From the NCBI GenBank assembly GCA_016296065.1, contig JAEDKA010000002.1, forward strand, positions 39,493 through 103,492: 64,000 bases of DNA. The letters run 5' to 3'. Position numbers and translations under genes: made by a program. The stretch comes from Kiritimatiellia bacterium. GTDB taxonomy: Bacteria > Verrucomicrobiota > Kiritimatiellia > RFP12 > UBA1067. The notes beneath the pieces are model-generated. The model searched no databases and had not been told where the DNA came from. It saw nothing but the letters and a program-made list of their open reading frames with translations. How positions within the stretch are numbered: position 1 is the stretch's first letter; every line of letters starts with the position of its first letter. Positions 20,028 through 29,291 of the stretch are shown piece by piece.

Positions 20028-20780
20028 ATGGCAATTGTTTTCCAGAAGCCGAAGGCGCTCACCGACGCCGTTCTCCACTACTGCCCGGGATGCACCCACG
20101 GCATCGTGCACCGCCTCGTCGCTGAGGCGATAGACGAGCTCGGCATCGAGGGCCGCACGATCGGCATCGCGCCGGTCGGATGCTCCGTGATGGCGTACGA
20201 CTACTTCAGGTGCGACATGATCGAGGCGTCGCACGGGCGCGCCCCGGCCGTCGCGACGGGAGTCAAGCGCTCCATGCCCGACAACATCGTCTTCACCTAC
20301 CAGGGCGACGGCGATCTCGCGTCCATCGGACTGTGCGAGACGGTCTCCACCGCGTGCCGCGGCGAGAACATCACGATCATCTTCATCAACAACGCGATCT
20401 ACGGCATGACCGGTGGACAGATGGCGCCGACCTCGCTCATTGGGCAGGTCACGCAGACCTCGCCGTACGGACGCGACCCGAAGACGCAGGGAATGCCGAT
20501 CAGGATCTGCGAGCTTCTCGCGTCCCTCGACGCCCCGGCGTATCTCGAGCGCGTCGCCGTCAACTCCGTCGCGCACGTGCGCCAGGCGAAGAAGGCAATC
20601 CTCAAGGCGTTCAAGAACCAGGTCGAGGGCAAGGGCTTCTCGCTCGTCGAGGTCGTCTCGACGTGCCCGACGAACTGGGGCCTCACGCCCGACAAGGCGT
20701 GCCAGTTCGTCGAGGAGAAGATGATTCCGTTCTATCCGCTCGGATGCTACAAGGACCGCACGGCGGGGGAGGCTAAGTAA
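20028..20780 (+). CDS. korB: 2-oxoacid:ferredoxin oxidoreductase beta subunit (TPP-binding)
   Basis: CPGCTHG and GDG TPP motifs. Confidence 0.85.
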   Translation: MAIVFQKPKALTDAVLHYCPGCTHGIVHRLVAEAIDELGIEGRTIGIAPVGCSVMAYDYFRCDMIEASHGRAPAVATGVKRSMPDNIVFTYQGDGDLASIGLCETVSTACRGENITIIFINNAIYGMTGGQMAPTSLIGQVTQTSPYGRDPKTQGMPIRICELLASLDAPAYLERVAVNSVAHVRQAKKAILKAFKNQVEGKGFSLVEVVSTCPTNWGLTPDKACQFVEEKMIPFYPLGCYKDRTAGEAK

Positions 20781-20781
20781 G

Positions 20782-21321
20782 ATGACATACGAAACTATAA
20801 TGGCTGGCTTCGGCGGACAGGGGCTCCTGTTCTCCGGAAAGGTCCTCGCGCATGCGGCTCTCATCGAGAACAAGGAGCTTTCGTGGCTTCCGTCGTACGG
20901 ACCCGAGATGCGCGGCGGAACGTGCAACTGCTCCGTGATCGTCTCCGACGAGCCCGTGGGCTCTCCGATCATCGCGCACCCGAACGTGCTCATGGTGATG
21001 AACGAGCCGTCCCTCGACAAGTTCGAGGACACCGTCGCGCCCGGCGGGACGATCTTCGTCGACTCCGCGCTCATCGGACGCAAGGTGCGCCGCACCGACG
21101 TCGACGTCGTATACATCCCGGCGACGCAGATGGCGAAGGACATGGACGCTCTCTCGCTCGCGAACATGATCATCCTCGGCGCGATCGTCGAGAAGCTCCG
21201 CTGCGTCAATCCCGACACGATCGAGACTGCGCTCCGCGAGACGATATCCGCCCGCAAGGCGAACCTCCTCGACCTCAACCTCAAGGCGGTCGCGGCGGGA
21301 CGCGCGTTCATCCGCGGCTGA
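20782..21321 (+). CDS. korC: 2-oxoacid:ferredoxin oxidoreductase gamma subunit
   Basis: KorC/PorC-like; translationally coupled with korB. Confidence 0.85.
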   Translation: MTYETIMAGFGGQGLLFSGKVLAHAALIENKELSWLPSYGPEMRGGTCNCSVIVSDEPVGSPIIAHPNVLMVMNEPSLDKFEDTVAPGGTIFVDSALIGRKVRRTDVDVVYIPATQMAKDMDALSLANMIILGAIVEKLRCVNPDTIETALRETISARKANLLDLNLKAVAAGRAFIRG

Positions 21322-21406
21322 AGAAATCGATGCCGCCCATCCGGTAGCGCGTCCGCGCGAGATTTGGTATAATATCCTTTAATACCGCAGCGTGGCGGCA
21401 TCTTTA

Positions 21407-21484
<78 letters not shown>

Positions 21485-21537
21485 TTTCAAACGGTACAAA
21501 GGGAATCTCTCCTTATTGCCGTGTAATTCAGACCCAA

Positions 21538-21572
21538 GAAAACCCCAAGTAATCTGGGGTTTTCGCTTTTCT
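21538..21572 (+). terminator. rho-independent terminator after tRNA-Pro
   Basis: aaaaccccaagtaatctggggtttt hairpin followed by a T-run. Confidence 0.6.
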
Positions 21573-21661
21573 TGGCTATAGAGAATCGTGTGCATGGTTG
21601 CCGTAGAGCGGCTCTGATCAAGATTCTGTTTGCATCACATACGCCACCAGTCGGTCAAAAA

Positions 21662-21830
21662 TATGGTATAACATGCACCGTCGGGGCAGTTGTTTTGGTA
21701 GTACGGAGAAGGAGGTGTGCGGGTGCCGCGTAATAGCAACGTAGAAAAGTTGTTATTTCGCAACGACTGCTCCGCCAACATTGGCGGCAGACTCTCAGAA
21801 CGGATGTTCTGGGGGTTTTTCTTTTGCCTG
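21662..21830 (+). ncRNA. candidate small RNA (promoter + ~150 nt + intrinsic terminator, no plausible ORF)
   Basis: atatggtataac promoter at 21662; terminator cagaacggatgttctgggggtttttcttttg at 21795-21830. Confidence 0.3.
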
Positions 21831-21901
21831 AAAATCCGTGGGTGCGGAGGGAAAAAAATTTAACAAACCCCCTTGTGGCTAAAAAGGCAATATGATATAA
21901 T

Positions 21902-21916
21902 GTGTCTCGTCAACAC
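21902..21916. promoter_or_regulatory. GTGT-N7-ACAC palindrome abutting the -10 of the Nudix gene (NrtR-type operator core)
   Basis: gatataat then GTGTctcgtcaACAC; the NrtR family is described as binding palindromes with a GT-N7-AC core. Confidence 0.4.
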
Positions 21917-21946
21917 AAATGAGATGATTTCCAAAAGGCACATATC

Positions 21947-22819
21947 ATGAAGCGCACGGCAGATGACATGAAGAAGATCGCGGAATACCGCAAGACGCTC
22001 GGCAAGTATCCGAAGCCGAGCGTCACGGCCGACATCATCGCCGTGCGCCCTGCCTACAGCGAGCTTGAGGAGAGCCAGTGGCGGGAAAATCCGGAGTTCG
22101 CGCTCGAGGTGCTGTTCATCAGGCGCGGGCAATGGCCGTACGAGGGAAGCTGGGCGCTTCCCGGCGGATTCATCCGTCCGACGGAGTCCGTTGACGAGGG
22201 CGCGCGGCGCGAGCTGCGCGAGGAGACGGCCCTTGAGTCCGAGCACCTCATCCCCGTCGGCGTCTTTTCAAAGCCCGACCGCGACATGAGGGCGTGGGTC
22301 ATCTCCAACGCGTTCGTGTCCGTGCATAGACGCGGACAGGGCTGCCACGTGAAGGGCGGCGACGATGCGGCGTCCGCCAAGTGGCTCACGCTGAAATTGC
22401 CGACTGTCGGGGATGGCAGGTTCCATCTTCCGTTCTACGACGGCGTGAAGCAGGCCTTCTGCCTTTCCGGCACCTACCGCGAGGAGGACCTCGGCGGCGG
22501 AACGGTTCTCTCCGTTGAAAAGAATCCGCTCGCGTTCGACCATGCGGAGATCATCGCGCAGGCGTTCCTGCGGATGCTCTCGTTCGACACGAAGAAGCTC
22601 GTGTTCTTCTTCCTGCCGGAGAAGTTCACGCTCTCCAACTACATCGACGTCTACCAGTACCTCACGCGCTACTCCGTAAGCCCGGCCAACATCCCGAGCT
22701 TCCGTCGCCAGCTCACCGCGACGAAGGAGCCGCTTCTTGAGGTGTGCGAGGGCGAGTGGGAGGACCTCGGCGGACGCGCCCACGCCCCGGCTAAGTTGTA
22801 CAGAAGGAGAAATGATTAA
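21947..22819 (+). CDS. Nudix hydrolase / Nudix-related transcriptional regulator (NrtR family)
   Basis: Nudix box GFIRPTESVDEGARRELREETAL plus a C-terminal region with LAFDHAEII, FTLSNY and FRRQL motifs typical of the NrtR winged-helix domain. Confidence 0.7.
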   Translation: MKRTADDMKKIAEYRKTLGKYPKPSVTADIIAVRPAYSELEESQWRENPEFALEVLFIRRGQWPYEGSWALPGGFIRPTESVDEGARRELREETALESEHLIPVGVFSKPDRDMRAWVISNAFVSVHRRGQGCHVKGGDDAASAKWLTLKLPTVGDGRFHLPFYDGVKQAFCLSGTYREEDLGGGTVLSVEKNPLAFDHAEIIAQAFLRMLSFDTKKLVFFFLPEKFTLSNYIDVYQYLTRYSVSPANIPSFRRQLTATKEPLLEVCEGEWEDLGGRAHAPAKLYRRRND

Positions 22820-22890
22820 CAGCCGTTTGCCTAAAGGGCATCAACATTTCACAAACAAACATCATATAGCCAAAAAGGAAAGAAGAAAAA

Positions 22891-23757
22891 ATGAACAGAA
22901 ACAAGGCTAAGGGGATGCTGTGGGGACTGATCGTCGGCGACGCGTTCGGGAGCCCCATACAGTTCAGTGGCAAGGACAACCATCCGTGGATCACGGAGAT
23001 GGTGGCGTGTCCGGTGTTCAGGCTTCCGCCCGGCTACTGGACGGACGACGGCTCGATGGCCATGTGCATAATGGACTCATACGTCCGCAAGGGCGGCTAT
23101 GACCTGAAGGACATCGGCGACACGTTCGTGAAGTGGTTCATGGACGGATACCTTTCGTCAAAGGAAGGGGAGTCGTTTGACGTCGGCGGCGCGACGTGGT
23201 CCGCCTGCCAGCATATCGCGTTCGACCACAGATATGTCAATGGACGCGAAGACGGGCAGGGCAACGGATCCATCATGCGCTTCGCGCCGTCGTACCTTCT
23301 CGCGCAGAAGGAGGGCGACCCCGCGAAGGCGATGCACGAGATCAGCGACCTCACGCACAGCTCGAGCAGGATTCGCGAGGTCGTGGATCGCTTCGCAAAG
23401 GTGCTGGACGAGCACATGGCGGGCAATCGCACATCGGAGGCATCGCCTTACAAGACTCGCGCGGCGGTGAACAACTCCGGATGGGCGGTCTCGACGCTTG
23501 ACGCCGCGCTCTGGGCGTTCAACACGACGCAATCCTTCGAGGACGGTCTCATTGCCGCCGTCAACCTTGGCGGCGACTCTGACTCCATCGGTGCGGTCTT
23601 CGGGCAGATCGCCGGGGCATACTATGGCTTCGACGCGATCCCCGGGCGATGGGTGAAGGCGGTCAAGACATGGGAGAAGGTCGATTCCCTGATTGAGGGT
23701 TTTCTCGACGCAGTGGAATGTCGCTCCGCCGGCGACATAAAGGAGGGCGGCATTTAG
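22891..23757 (+). CDS. ADP-ribosylglycohydrolase (ARH/DraG/Tri1 family)
   Basis: GLIVGDAFGSP and GGDSDSIGAV motifs of the ARH family. Confidence 0.8.
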   Translation: MNRNKAKGMLWGLIVGDAFGSPIQFSGKDNHPWITEMVACPVFRLPPGYWTDDGSMAMCIMDSYVRKGGYDLKDIGDTFVKWFMDGYLSSKEGESFDVGGATWSACQHIAFDHRYVNGREDGQGNGSIMRFAPSYLLAQKEGDPAKAMHEISDLTHSSSRIREVVDRFAKVLDEHMAGNRTSEASPYKTRAAVNNSGWAVSTLDAALWAFNTTQSFEDGLIAAVNLGGDSDSIGAVFGQIAGAYYGFDAIPGRWVKAVKTWEKVDSLIEGFLDAVECRSAGDIKEGGI

Positions 23758-23798
23758 TAGAATTGGCGGCGTAAACCAAACAGGAAAGGAACACGCTG

Positions 23799-24836
23799 AT
23801 GAAATTCACCGAGAAGACGATCGAGGAAGCGACGAGCAAGATGTGCGAGGACTCGTTCTGGTCCGAAGTGTACGAGAACGCGCCCGAAGGCGCGAAGAAA
23901 CGTCTGCGCGTCGCGTTCTGGGGCAATGCGCACATGCGCGAGAGGGAGGATCTTGACGCATACCGCATTGAGCGCGAGCGCATCGAGCGCGAGGAGATGA
24001 CGTACGAGGACGCCATGTATCTCGCGCGGCGCTTCCCCGAGGGCGCGGGGAAGACGCACTACGCGGAGCTCGCCGAGCGCATTGCGCGGCGTCCGATGAT
24101 GACGGACGCAAAGCTCGACGCGGCGATCGACGCGCTCGCCGCGATGCTTCCGGCGGAGGACCGCGCGCTCGTCGCGGCGAGCAGGGAGCGCTACGACCGC
24201 TGCGAGGACGGATTCTTCACGAAGGAACTGTTCTGGAAGGCCGTCGGAGGAGACGGCGATTCATGCGGACTCGTCGGCGACTGCTTCGCGCACGGACACG
24301 GGGTGGATCCGGACCCGGAGCTTGCGCTCTACTGGTTCCGCCGCGGCGCGTTCGGAGGAGACGCCGACTGCTGTCTCCATCTCGCATATATCCACGAGGA
24401 CGAGGAGTCGGGGCATTTCGACATGCCGGCGGCGGTGTTCTGGATGATGGAGGCGCTGCGGCGCGGAGATGCCGACGCCAAGCGCAACTTCGGCTACCGG
24501 CTTGCGCTTGGGGACGGTCCGTGGGAGAGATACAGGAATCCGAAGGCGGGCGTCGCTCTCATAACGGAGGCGACGCAGGACGATCCGCACGGGTACGCCT
24601 ACTACAACCTCGCGCTATGCTTTGAGCGCGGCGCGGGCGTCGAACGGAACATGGAAAGGGCGCTGGAGCTGTACATGGAGGCGAGGCGGCGCGGACACTA
24701 CGCGGCGGACGATGCAATCAGCCGCATAGAGACCCAGATGGCCGCGGCGGACGAGGGTGCGGAGCGGAAGCCTGCCCGCAGGGTGCCGGCGAAGAAGCCA
24801 GCGAAGAGGAAAAAAGGAAAGGGGACGCGGAAATGA
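23799..24836 (+). CDS. Sel1-repeat protein
   Basis: multiple Sel1-like repeats (A..YNLALCFERGAGVERNMERALELY); lysine-rich tail; upstream promoter TTTAGTAGAATTGGCGGCGTAAAC resembles the island cassette but lacks the palindrome. Confidence 0.7.
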   Translation: MKFTEKTIEEATSKMCEDSFWSEVYENAPEGAKKRLRVAFWGNAHMREREDLDAYRIERERIEREEMTYEDAMYLARRFPEGAGKTHYAELAERIARRPMMTDAKLDAAIDALAAMLPAEDRALVAASRERYDRCEDGFFTKELFWKAVGGDGDSCGLVGDCFAHGHGVDPDPELALYWFRRGAFGGDADCCLHLAYIHEDEESGHFDMPAAVFWMMEALRRGDADAKRNFGYRLALGDGPWERYRNPKAGVALITEATQDDPHGYAYYNLALCFERGAGVERNMERALELYMEARRRGHYAADDAISRIETQMAAADEGAERKPARRVPAKKPAKRKKGKGTRK

Positions 24837-25399
24837 ACACAAGGATCGAAACCGACCTGATGATGGACGACATGCTCTCCAGGATCCTGGAAGACGTCAG
24901 GAACCGATATCCTACGGCCCTCTCCGAGCCAGAGGAGAATCCGCCTCCCGCGCCGCCGCTCCGTGCGGAGGATGCGGTGGACGCAATCGGATGGGACGGC
25001 GCGGACGAGTTCAAGCTGGCCGATTCCTTTCCGCGCACCCTCGCGCGCATGCTGCGCGAGAAGGGGCTCACCGGGCCCAAGGTCTACAACAAGATCGGGA
25101 TGGACAGGAAGGAGTTCTCCAAGATTGCAAGCATCGCGGAGACGAAGACGCCGATCAAGGGAGAGGTGCTCGCCCTTGCTGTCGGCATGGGCCTTTCGCC
25201 GGCCGAGGCGAGGGAGCTCATGGCGAGCGCGGGATTCGCGTTTTCGCTTTCCAGCAAGGTAGACAACATCATCATGTACTTCCTGCAGAATGGCGAGAAG
25301 GACATCGTCAAGATCGACGCCGCCCTCTGGAAGCAGGCGAACACGTCGGTCAACACGATCCTGCAGCGGCGGAAGGGCTCCGCGCGCTCGGCGCGGTAG
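24833..25399 (+). CDS. hypothetical protein with HTH-like segment, start overlaps the Sel1 gene stop
   Basis: ATGA start/stop overlap; LARMLREKGLTGPKVYNKIGMDRKEFSKI resembles an XRE-type HTH. Confidence 0.5.
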   Translation: MNTRIETDLMMDDMLSRILEDVRNRYPTALSEPEENPPPAPPLRAEDAVDAIGWDGADEFKLADSFPRTLARMLREKGLTGPKVYNKIGMDRKEFSKIASIAETKTPIKGEVLALAVGMGLSPAEARELMASAGFAFSLSSKVDNIIMYFLQNGEKDIVKIDAALWKQANTSVNTILQRRKGSARSAR

Positions 25400-25792
25400 C
25401 GCCCGAACCGTCAATTGGTGGCAGCCTGTCGACCGAAACGCTCCGGGATGTTTCGCGAAGGTCTCCCAAACCGTCGGGTCTTGGCGTCGCGACGGCTTCC
25501 GCGCTTCCAACAACAAGCTGCGCTTAGCCTGCCATGCCTCGGCGTCTATCACTGGTTGCGTATGATACGCCTCCTACGCCTGCGAGCCAAGACCACTCCT
25601 CTTGTGAGACCTTCGCCTCCACACCCCTCCGCTTGAATTCACCACTATTTCCCAGCCACGTCGGGCCACCAATTTCCTCTCGTGCGCCCCCGCGCCTCAT
25701 GCGCTCCGCTTGAATTCATGGCTTTGCTCGCTTGTGAATCAGACATGAACGGCTACGCTTCGTTGGTTATGCGATTGCGAGGCGAGCTATGA

Positions 25793-25821
25793 CTGGGGGA
25801 AGCGGCGTCTCGCCGCTTCTG
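25793..25821. repeat. REP-like hairpin GACTGGGGGAAGCGGCGTCTCGCCGCTTC (second copy at 11774)
   Basis: identical 29-mer at two loci; 9-bp perfect stem. Confidence 0.45.
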
Positions 25822-26452
25822 GCACTCTGCGCCTCTGCGTTAAACATGAAACATCAAACTTCAAACATCAAACATCTGTACGCTCTACACGGCTAAACCT
25901 CAACCTCCCGATTTTCACAATGCCAACACGGGAGGGTCCAAATATGCTATACAACAAGTAATCGCAAACCAAGGAGACCCAAAGGAATCGACCTGAAACC
26001 ATCGCCAAGCCGACCGTGCGCGAGGTGATGGAGGAGTTCACTCGAATCCCGCTCATCGACGGCAAGACGTTCTGGGAGCTGGAGAACGAACTCGAGTGGG
26101 TGTAGCGGCATCTCCCGGCACTCTCATTTATATGCGGCAAATCCGCCGCTTGCAAAAGTAAACGTGGGTTTGAAAAGGTAAACGTTGGTTTGGTATCGTG
26201 AAGTACGGTTACATTTTCAAAAGTGGTCGCCATGCACGTGCCTGGCGTGCAAAAGCGCGGCCTGAGAGGCGGCTGCGCGGCGTTTGCGCACGCTTGGCCG
26301 GGATTTGCTACAATAGCCTCCCCTACCCACGACGCCTGGAAAGTTTCCGGCTTGCCGACTGGCGTCAAGGGAACATCCCCATGGAGGGGCTGGGCCTCCC
26401 GACGGAGGCTCAGTTTATTTCTCGTGCTTCAGTGCCTTTTTCGTTCTGTCCT

Positions 26453-27595
26453 TCATTTCACGCCGTTCCGCCTGAGGATGATGCGGTCGGCGTGGCGCTT
26501 GAACTTCTTGCCGAGCACGTACGGGTCGAGCGTCACCTCGTTCGCGGGGACCTTCACGATGCCGAGGCGGTCGAGGAGCCGGCGGCCTTCGTAGCCGTAG
26601 GCCTTCGCGAACTTGTCGTATGGCGTGGAGCCTTCGAGCGAGGCGCGCGTGTAGCTGTTGACGTGCGAGAGCGCGACGTTGACGTCGTCCTGTCCCAGCG
26701 AGTTGAAGCTCGTGCCCTTGATGAGGATGCGCCTGAGCTCCTCGTGGTTCCGCTCGACATGGGGCTTCTGCGTCGCGCAGTACGGGTCGCAGTAGAAGAC
26801 CCTCGTGCGGGGGATCAGCCGGTACGGGTTGTTGTCCGCGCGGGCGTTCTCGGTCATGACCGGGTCGGAGAACGGCGCTCCGTTGTCCTCGAGGATCGCG
26901 GGGAAGAGCTTCATGAACAGCGGCCTTCCTGCGGTGCGGTAGAGCATGTTCACGATGCCGGTCCACGTCTGGGCGGTCTCGCGCTCCTTGAGGAATGCCA
27001 TCATGAGCTGGCAGGGGAACTGGATCGTGAAGAGCACGCATCCGCCTACCTGGCCCTTGAGCGTGTCGGCTTCCGGCACGAGTGCCCCGGGGTTCTGCTC
27101 CTTCCAGAGGACGAAGAGGTCGTGCGTCCTGTTGACGCGGCACTTTGCGTCGGTCTTCGTCGCGGCCTGCTTCGGGCGGGGCCTGCGGGAGCATGCGTAG
27201 GGGAGGTCTCCGCGCCCGACGTCGAGGGCGTCCAGCCCGTCCGACCCGATGTAGCTGTAGACGGTCCTTTCGCTGAGCCCCCCGAAAGCGTCCGCGTTCG
27301 ACGCCATGATGTGGCGGACGGACTGCTTGCTGAGGAGCCCGTCCTTCAGTGCGGCGTTCATCTTCGCAAGAGTCTCGTCCGAGGCGTGGACGTGGCTGCG
27401 CGAGACGCGCAGCTTCGACTCGCGGTCGGCCTGGGCGACCCTGGCGACGTAGAACTTCTTCGGCAGGTGGCAGATGCGCTCGTTCGTGCATCCGTTGCAG
27501 ACGAAGGGCGGTGCGACGAGCCTGTCGCACGTGCGCGCCTCGTAGTCCCTGCACTGGAGGAAGCACTGGTGGCAGTTCTTGCACCACTTGTCCAT
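26453..27595 (-). CDS. IS30-family transposase, DDE catalytic part (Cys-rich N-terminus)
   Basis: CDPYCATQKPHVERNHEELRR matches the IS30 catalytic motif (DPY..WQ.G..EN.N); 380 aa. Confidence 0.75.
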   Translation of the reverse strand: MDKWCKNCHQCFLQCRDYEARTCDRLVAPPFVCNGCTNERICHLPKKFYVARVAQADRESKLRVSRSHVHASDETLAKMNAALKDGLLSKQSVRHIMASNADAFGGLSERTVYSYIGSDGLDALDVGRGDLPYACSRRPRPKQAATKTDAKCRVNRTHDLFVLWKEQNPGALVPEADTLKGQVGGCVLFTIQFPCQLMMAFLKERETAQTWTGIVNMLYRTAGRPLFMKLFPAILEDNGAPFSDPVMTENARADNNPYRLIPRTRVFYCDPYCATQKPHVERNHEELRRILIKGTSFNSLGQDDVNVALSHVNSYTRASLEGSTPYDKFAKAYGYEGRRLLDRLGIVKVPANEVTLDPYVLGKKFKRHADRIILRRNGVK

Positions 27596-27632
27596 GCCGC
27601 AGTTGGTGTCGCAGACGTGCGTGCGCCTGCAT

Positions 27633-27821
27633 TCACCGTACCACCTGACACGTCGAGTTCGTCTCCTTGAAGCCCTTGTTCGAGTCGACCCTCCTGTTCT
27701 TGATCTCGTTTGTTATGGTCTGTGGCGGCCTCTTCACGTAGGCTGCGATCTCGGGGATCGTCCACCCGCGCTTGAGCCCATCCTCTATTCCTTCCCGTTC
27801 GACTATGGTCATCTGTGCCAT
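27633..27821 (-). CDS. IS30-family transposase N-terminal HTH ORF; reading frame differs from the DDE ORF (frameshifted or disrupted)
   Basis: TIVEREGIEDGLKRGWTIPEIAAYVKRPPQTITNEIKNRR matches the IS30 HTH_38; 37-nt gap and a +1 frame offset to the downstream ORF. Confidence 0.6.
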   Translation of the reverse strand: MAQMTIVEREGIEDGLKRGWTIPEIAAYVKRPPQTITNEIKNRRVDSNKGFKETNSTCQVVR

Positions 27822-27899
27822 GTCAGTATCCTTTCTGATGTGGGCATCCCAGTCTGGCGACATGCCCGGCCATCGTGCCAAGCCGGGAAGTATAGCGAA

Positions 27900-28082
27900 T
27901 TTGCAGAACTAAACGAGGGTCATCCCCAAGGGGATGATAGCTGGGAGATATTATGCTCTCCATCAATCATATGCAAGGAGAATCAATGTCCTTTGAAGAA
28001 CTAAACGTTTCCAAAAACCATGTTTACTTTTCAAACCACAGACAGCTCTTTACAAAGGTGGGGATATTCCAGGTCTCACATC
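27900..28082 (+). mobile_element. IS4-family element terminal remnant
   Basis: shares ccaaaaacc…caaaggtggggatattccag with the tail of the IS4-type transposase fragment at 42540-42597. Confidence 0.4.
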
Positions 28083-28331
28083 AGCCGCGATTTTTGCTAT
28101 AATATTGTGCAGACGGTACAAGAAGATCTTGCTGTCGTCTCAGACCAGCTTCCGAAAACTACGACATTCTGAAGTTGCCAATAAACGGTTTGCGAGGTGC
28201 AACACATTTGGATGCGCCTTGTCGTGTGTTTATTGGCGGCTGTCGTAGGCCTTCGGAAGATGCACGGCATGGCGTGTCCTTTATATAAACTTAAAGGACG
28301 CGTCCTCTCGGGTGCGTTGGAAAGTCATAAG

Positions 28332-29291
28332 ATGGACAAGATGCAACCAGATGCGTCGAAAATTTCGATAGACGACAACCTTGCTAAGATTAAGTTGTTC
28401 TTGCGTGAGGTCATTCTAGAACCACGCAGGAAAATGCATAAATGGTCTATAATAACAAATCAAACGCCAAATCTTAAGATTGGGTATCCTGGACAACATC
28501 TTGCATCCCTAATTCTTGGAATGAAGGGGACAGGTACTGGTGCTCGAGGAGACGACATCGTTGACGGAACTGAAGTTAAGTCTTGCAGCCGTATCGATCA
28601 ACTTGATAAATGCAAGAAATGCAACGGCAACGTGTTGCGATCACAGAAAAATTGTCCAACATGTGGGTCTTCGGAAATCAAGCGGAACGATGATTCTAAG
28701 TGGTTGATAGCTATTCGAAGTGAAAGTGAACTTGAAATGTATCTTCGTAGAATTCCGAGGATGTTACTTATCATTTCTGATTATCCCGGCTTTGATTACA
28801 ACGACTTCTCATCCATGCGAATTAGAGCATACGAAATCTGGAACCAGTCATCCAGGGCGGCTGGTTTTCGTAATATTCTTACCCACTACTTTAATAACAT
28901 CTTTCTTGAGCATATCAAGAAGAACCCCAAGGCTACTCCTGCCCCTTACAATTTTTGGCCGGACTCTTTCGCATTTTACATGTGTAACCCGATCAAGATC
29001 TTTGAATCAATAATTACCGACATTGACGGCGACGATCCTGGAATTTCAATAACGCACTACATTGAGCCAAACAGGGATCGTAGTTCTCTCGCAAGCGAAT
29101 CAATGCCATCGTCCCTCCTTGTAGAGGAGGAAAAAGAATGCCTTCGTGCTAAGGGTGTTGATTTCTGCGTGGACGGTACAATTGATGAAACAATGAGAGT
29201 CTTTTTGCCGATACGCCTTGGCAAAGCGGTTTCTCACATGCGAAAATACCAGCGCAAGACAGGGCGTTCGACTTCACCCAAGCGGAAGTAG
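28332..29291 (+). CDS. putative Type II restriction endonuclease (PD-(D/E)XK-like)
   Basis: low-GC gene convergent with, and overlapping the 3' end of, the methyltransferase; GDDIVDGTEVKS resembles D…E.K; start moved to MDKMQ at 28332. Confidence 0.5.
   Translation: MDKMQPDASKISIDDNLAKIKLFLREVILEPRRKMHKWSIITNQTPNLKIGYPGQHLASLILGMKGTGTGARGDDIVDGTEVKSCSRIDQLDKCKKCNGNVLRSQKNCPTCGSSEIKRNDDSKWLIAIRSESELEMYLRRIPRMLLIISDYPGFDYNDFSSMRIRAYEIWNQSSRAAGFRNILTHYFNNIFLEHIKKNPKATPAPYNFWPDSFAFYMCNPIKIFESIITDIDGDDPGISITHYIEPNRDRSSLASESMPSSLLVEEEKECLRAKGVDFCVDGTIDETMRVFLPIRLGKAVSHMRKYQRKTGRSTSPKRK

Larger units (their letters stand above)
26344..27890 (-). mobile_element. IS30-family insertion sequence (transposase split over two frames)
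   Basis: HTH ORF plus DDE ORF; imperfect terminal inverted repeats TTYCCGGCTTG near 26344-26366 and 27868-27890. Confidence 0.55.

Noticed and set aside
26198-27670. 490-aa plus-strand ORF and 405-aa minus-strand ORF overlapping the IS30 transposase
   Set aside because: Shadow ORFs of the transposase gene; only the frames carrying the IS30 HTH and DDE motifs are meaningful.
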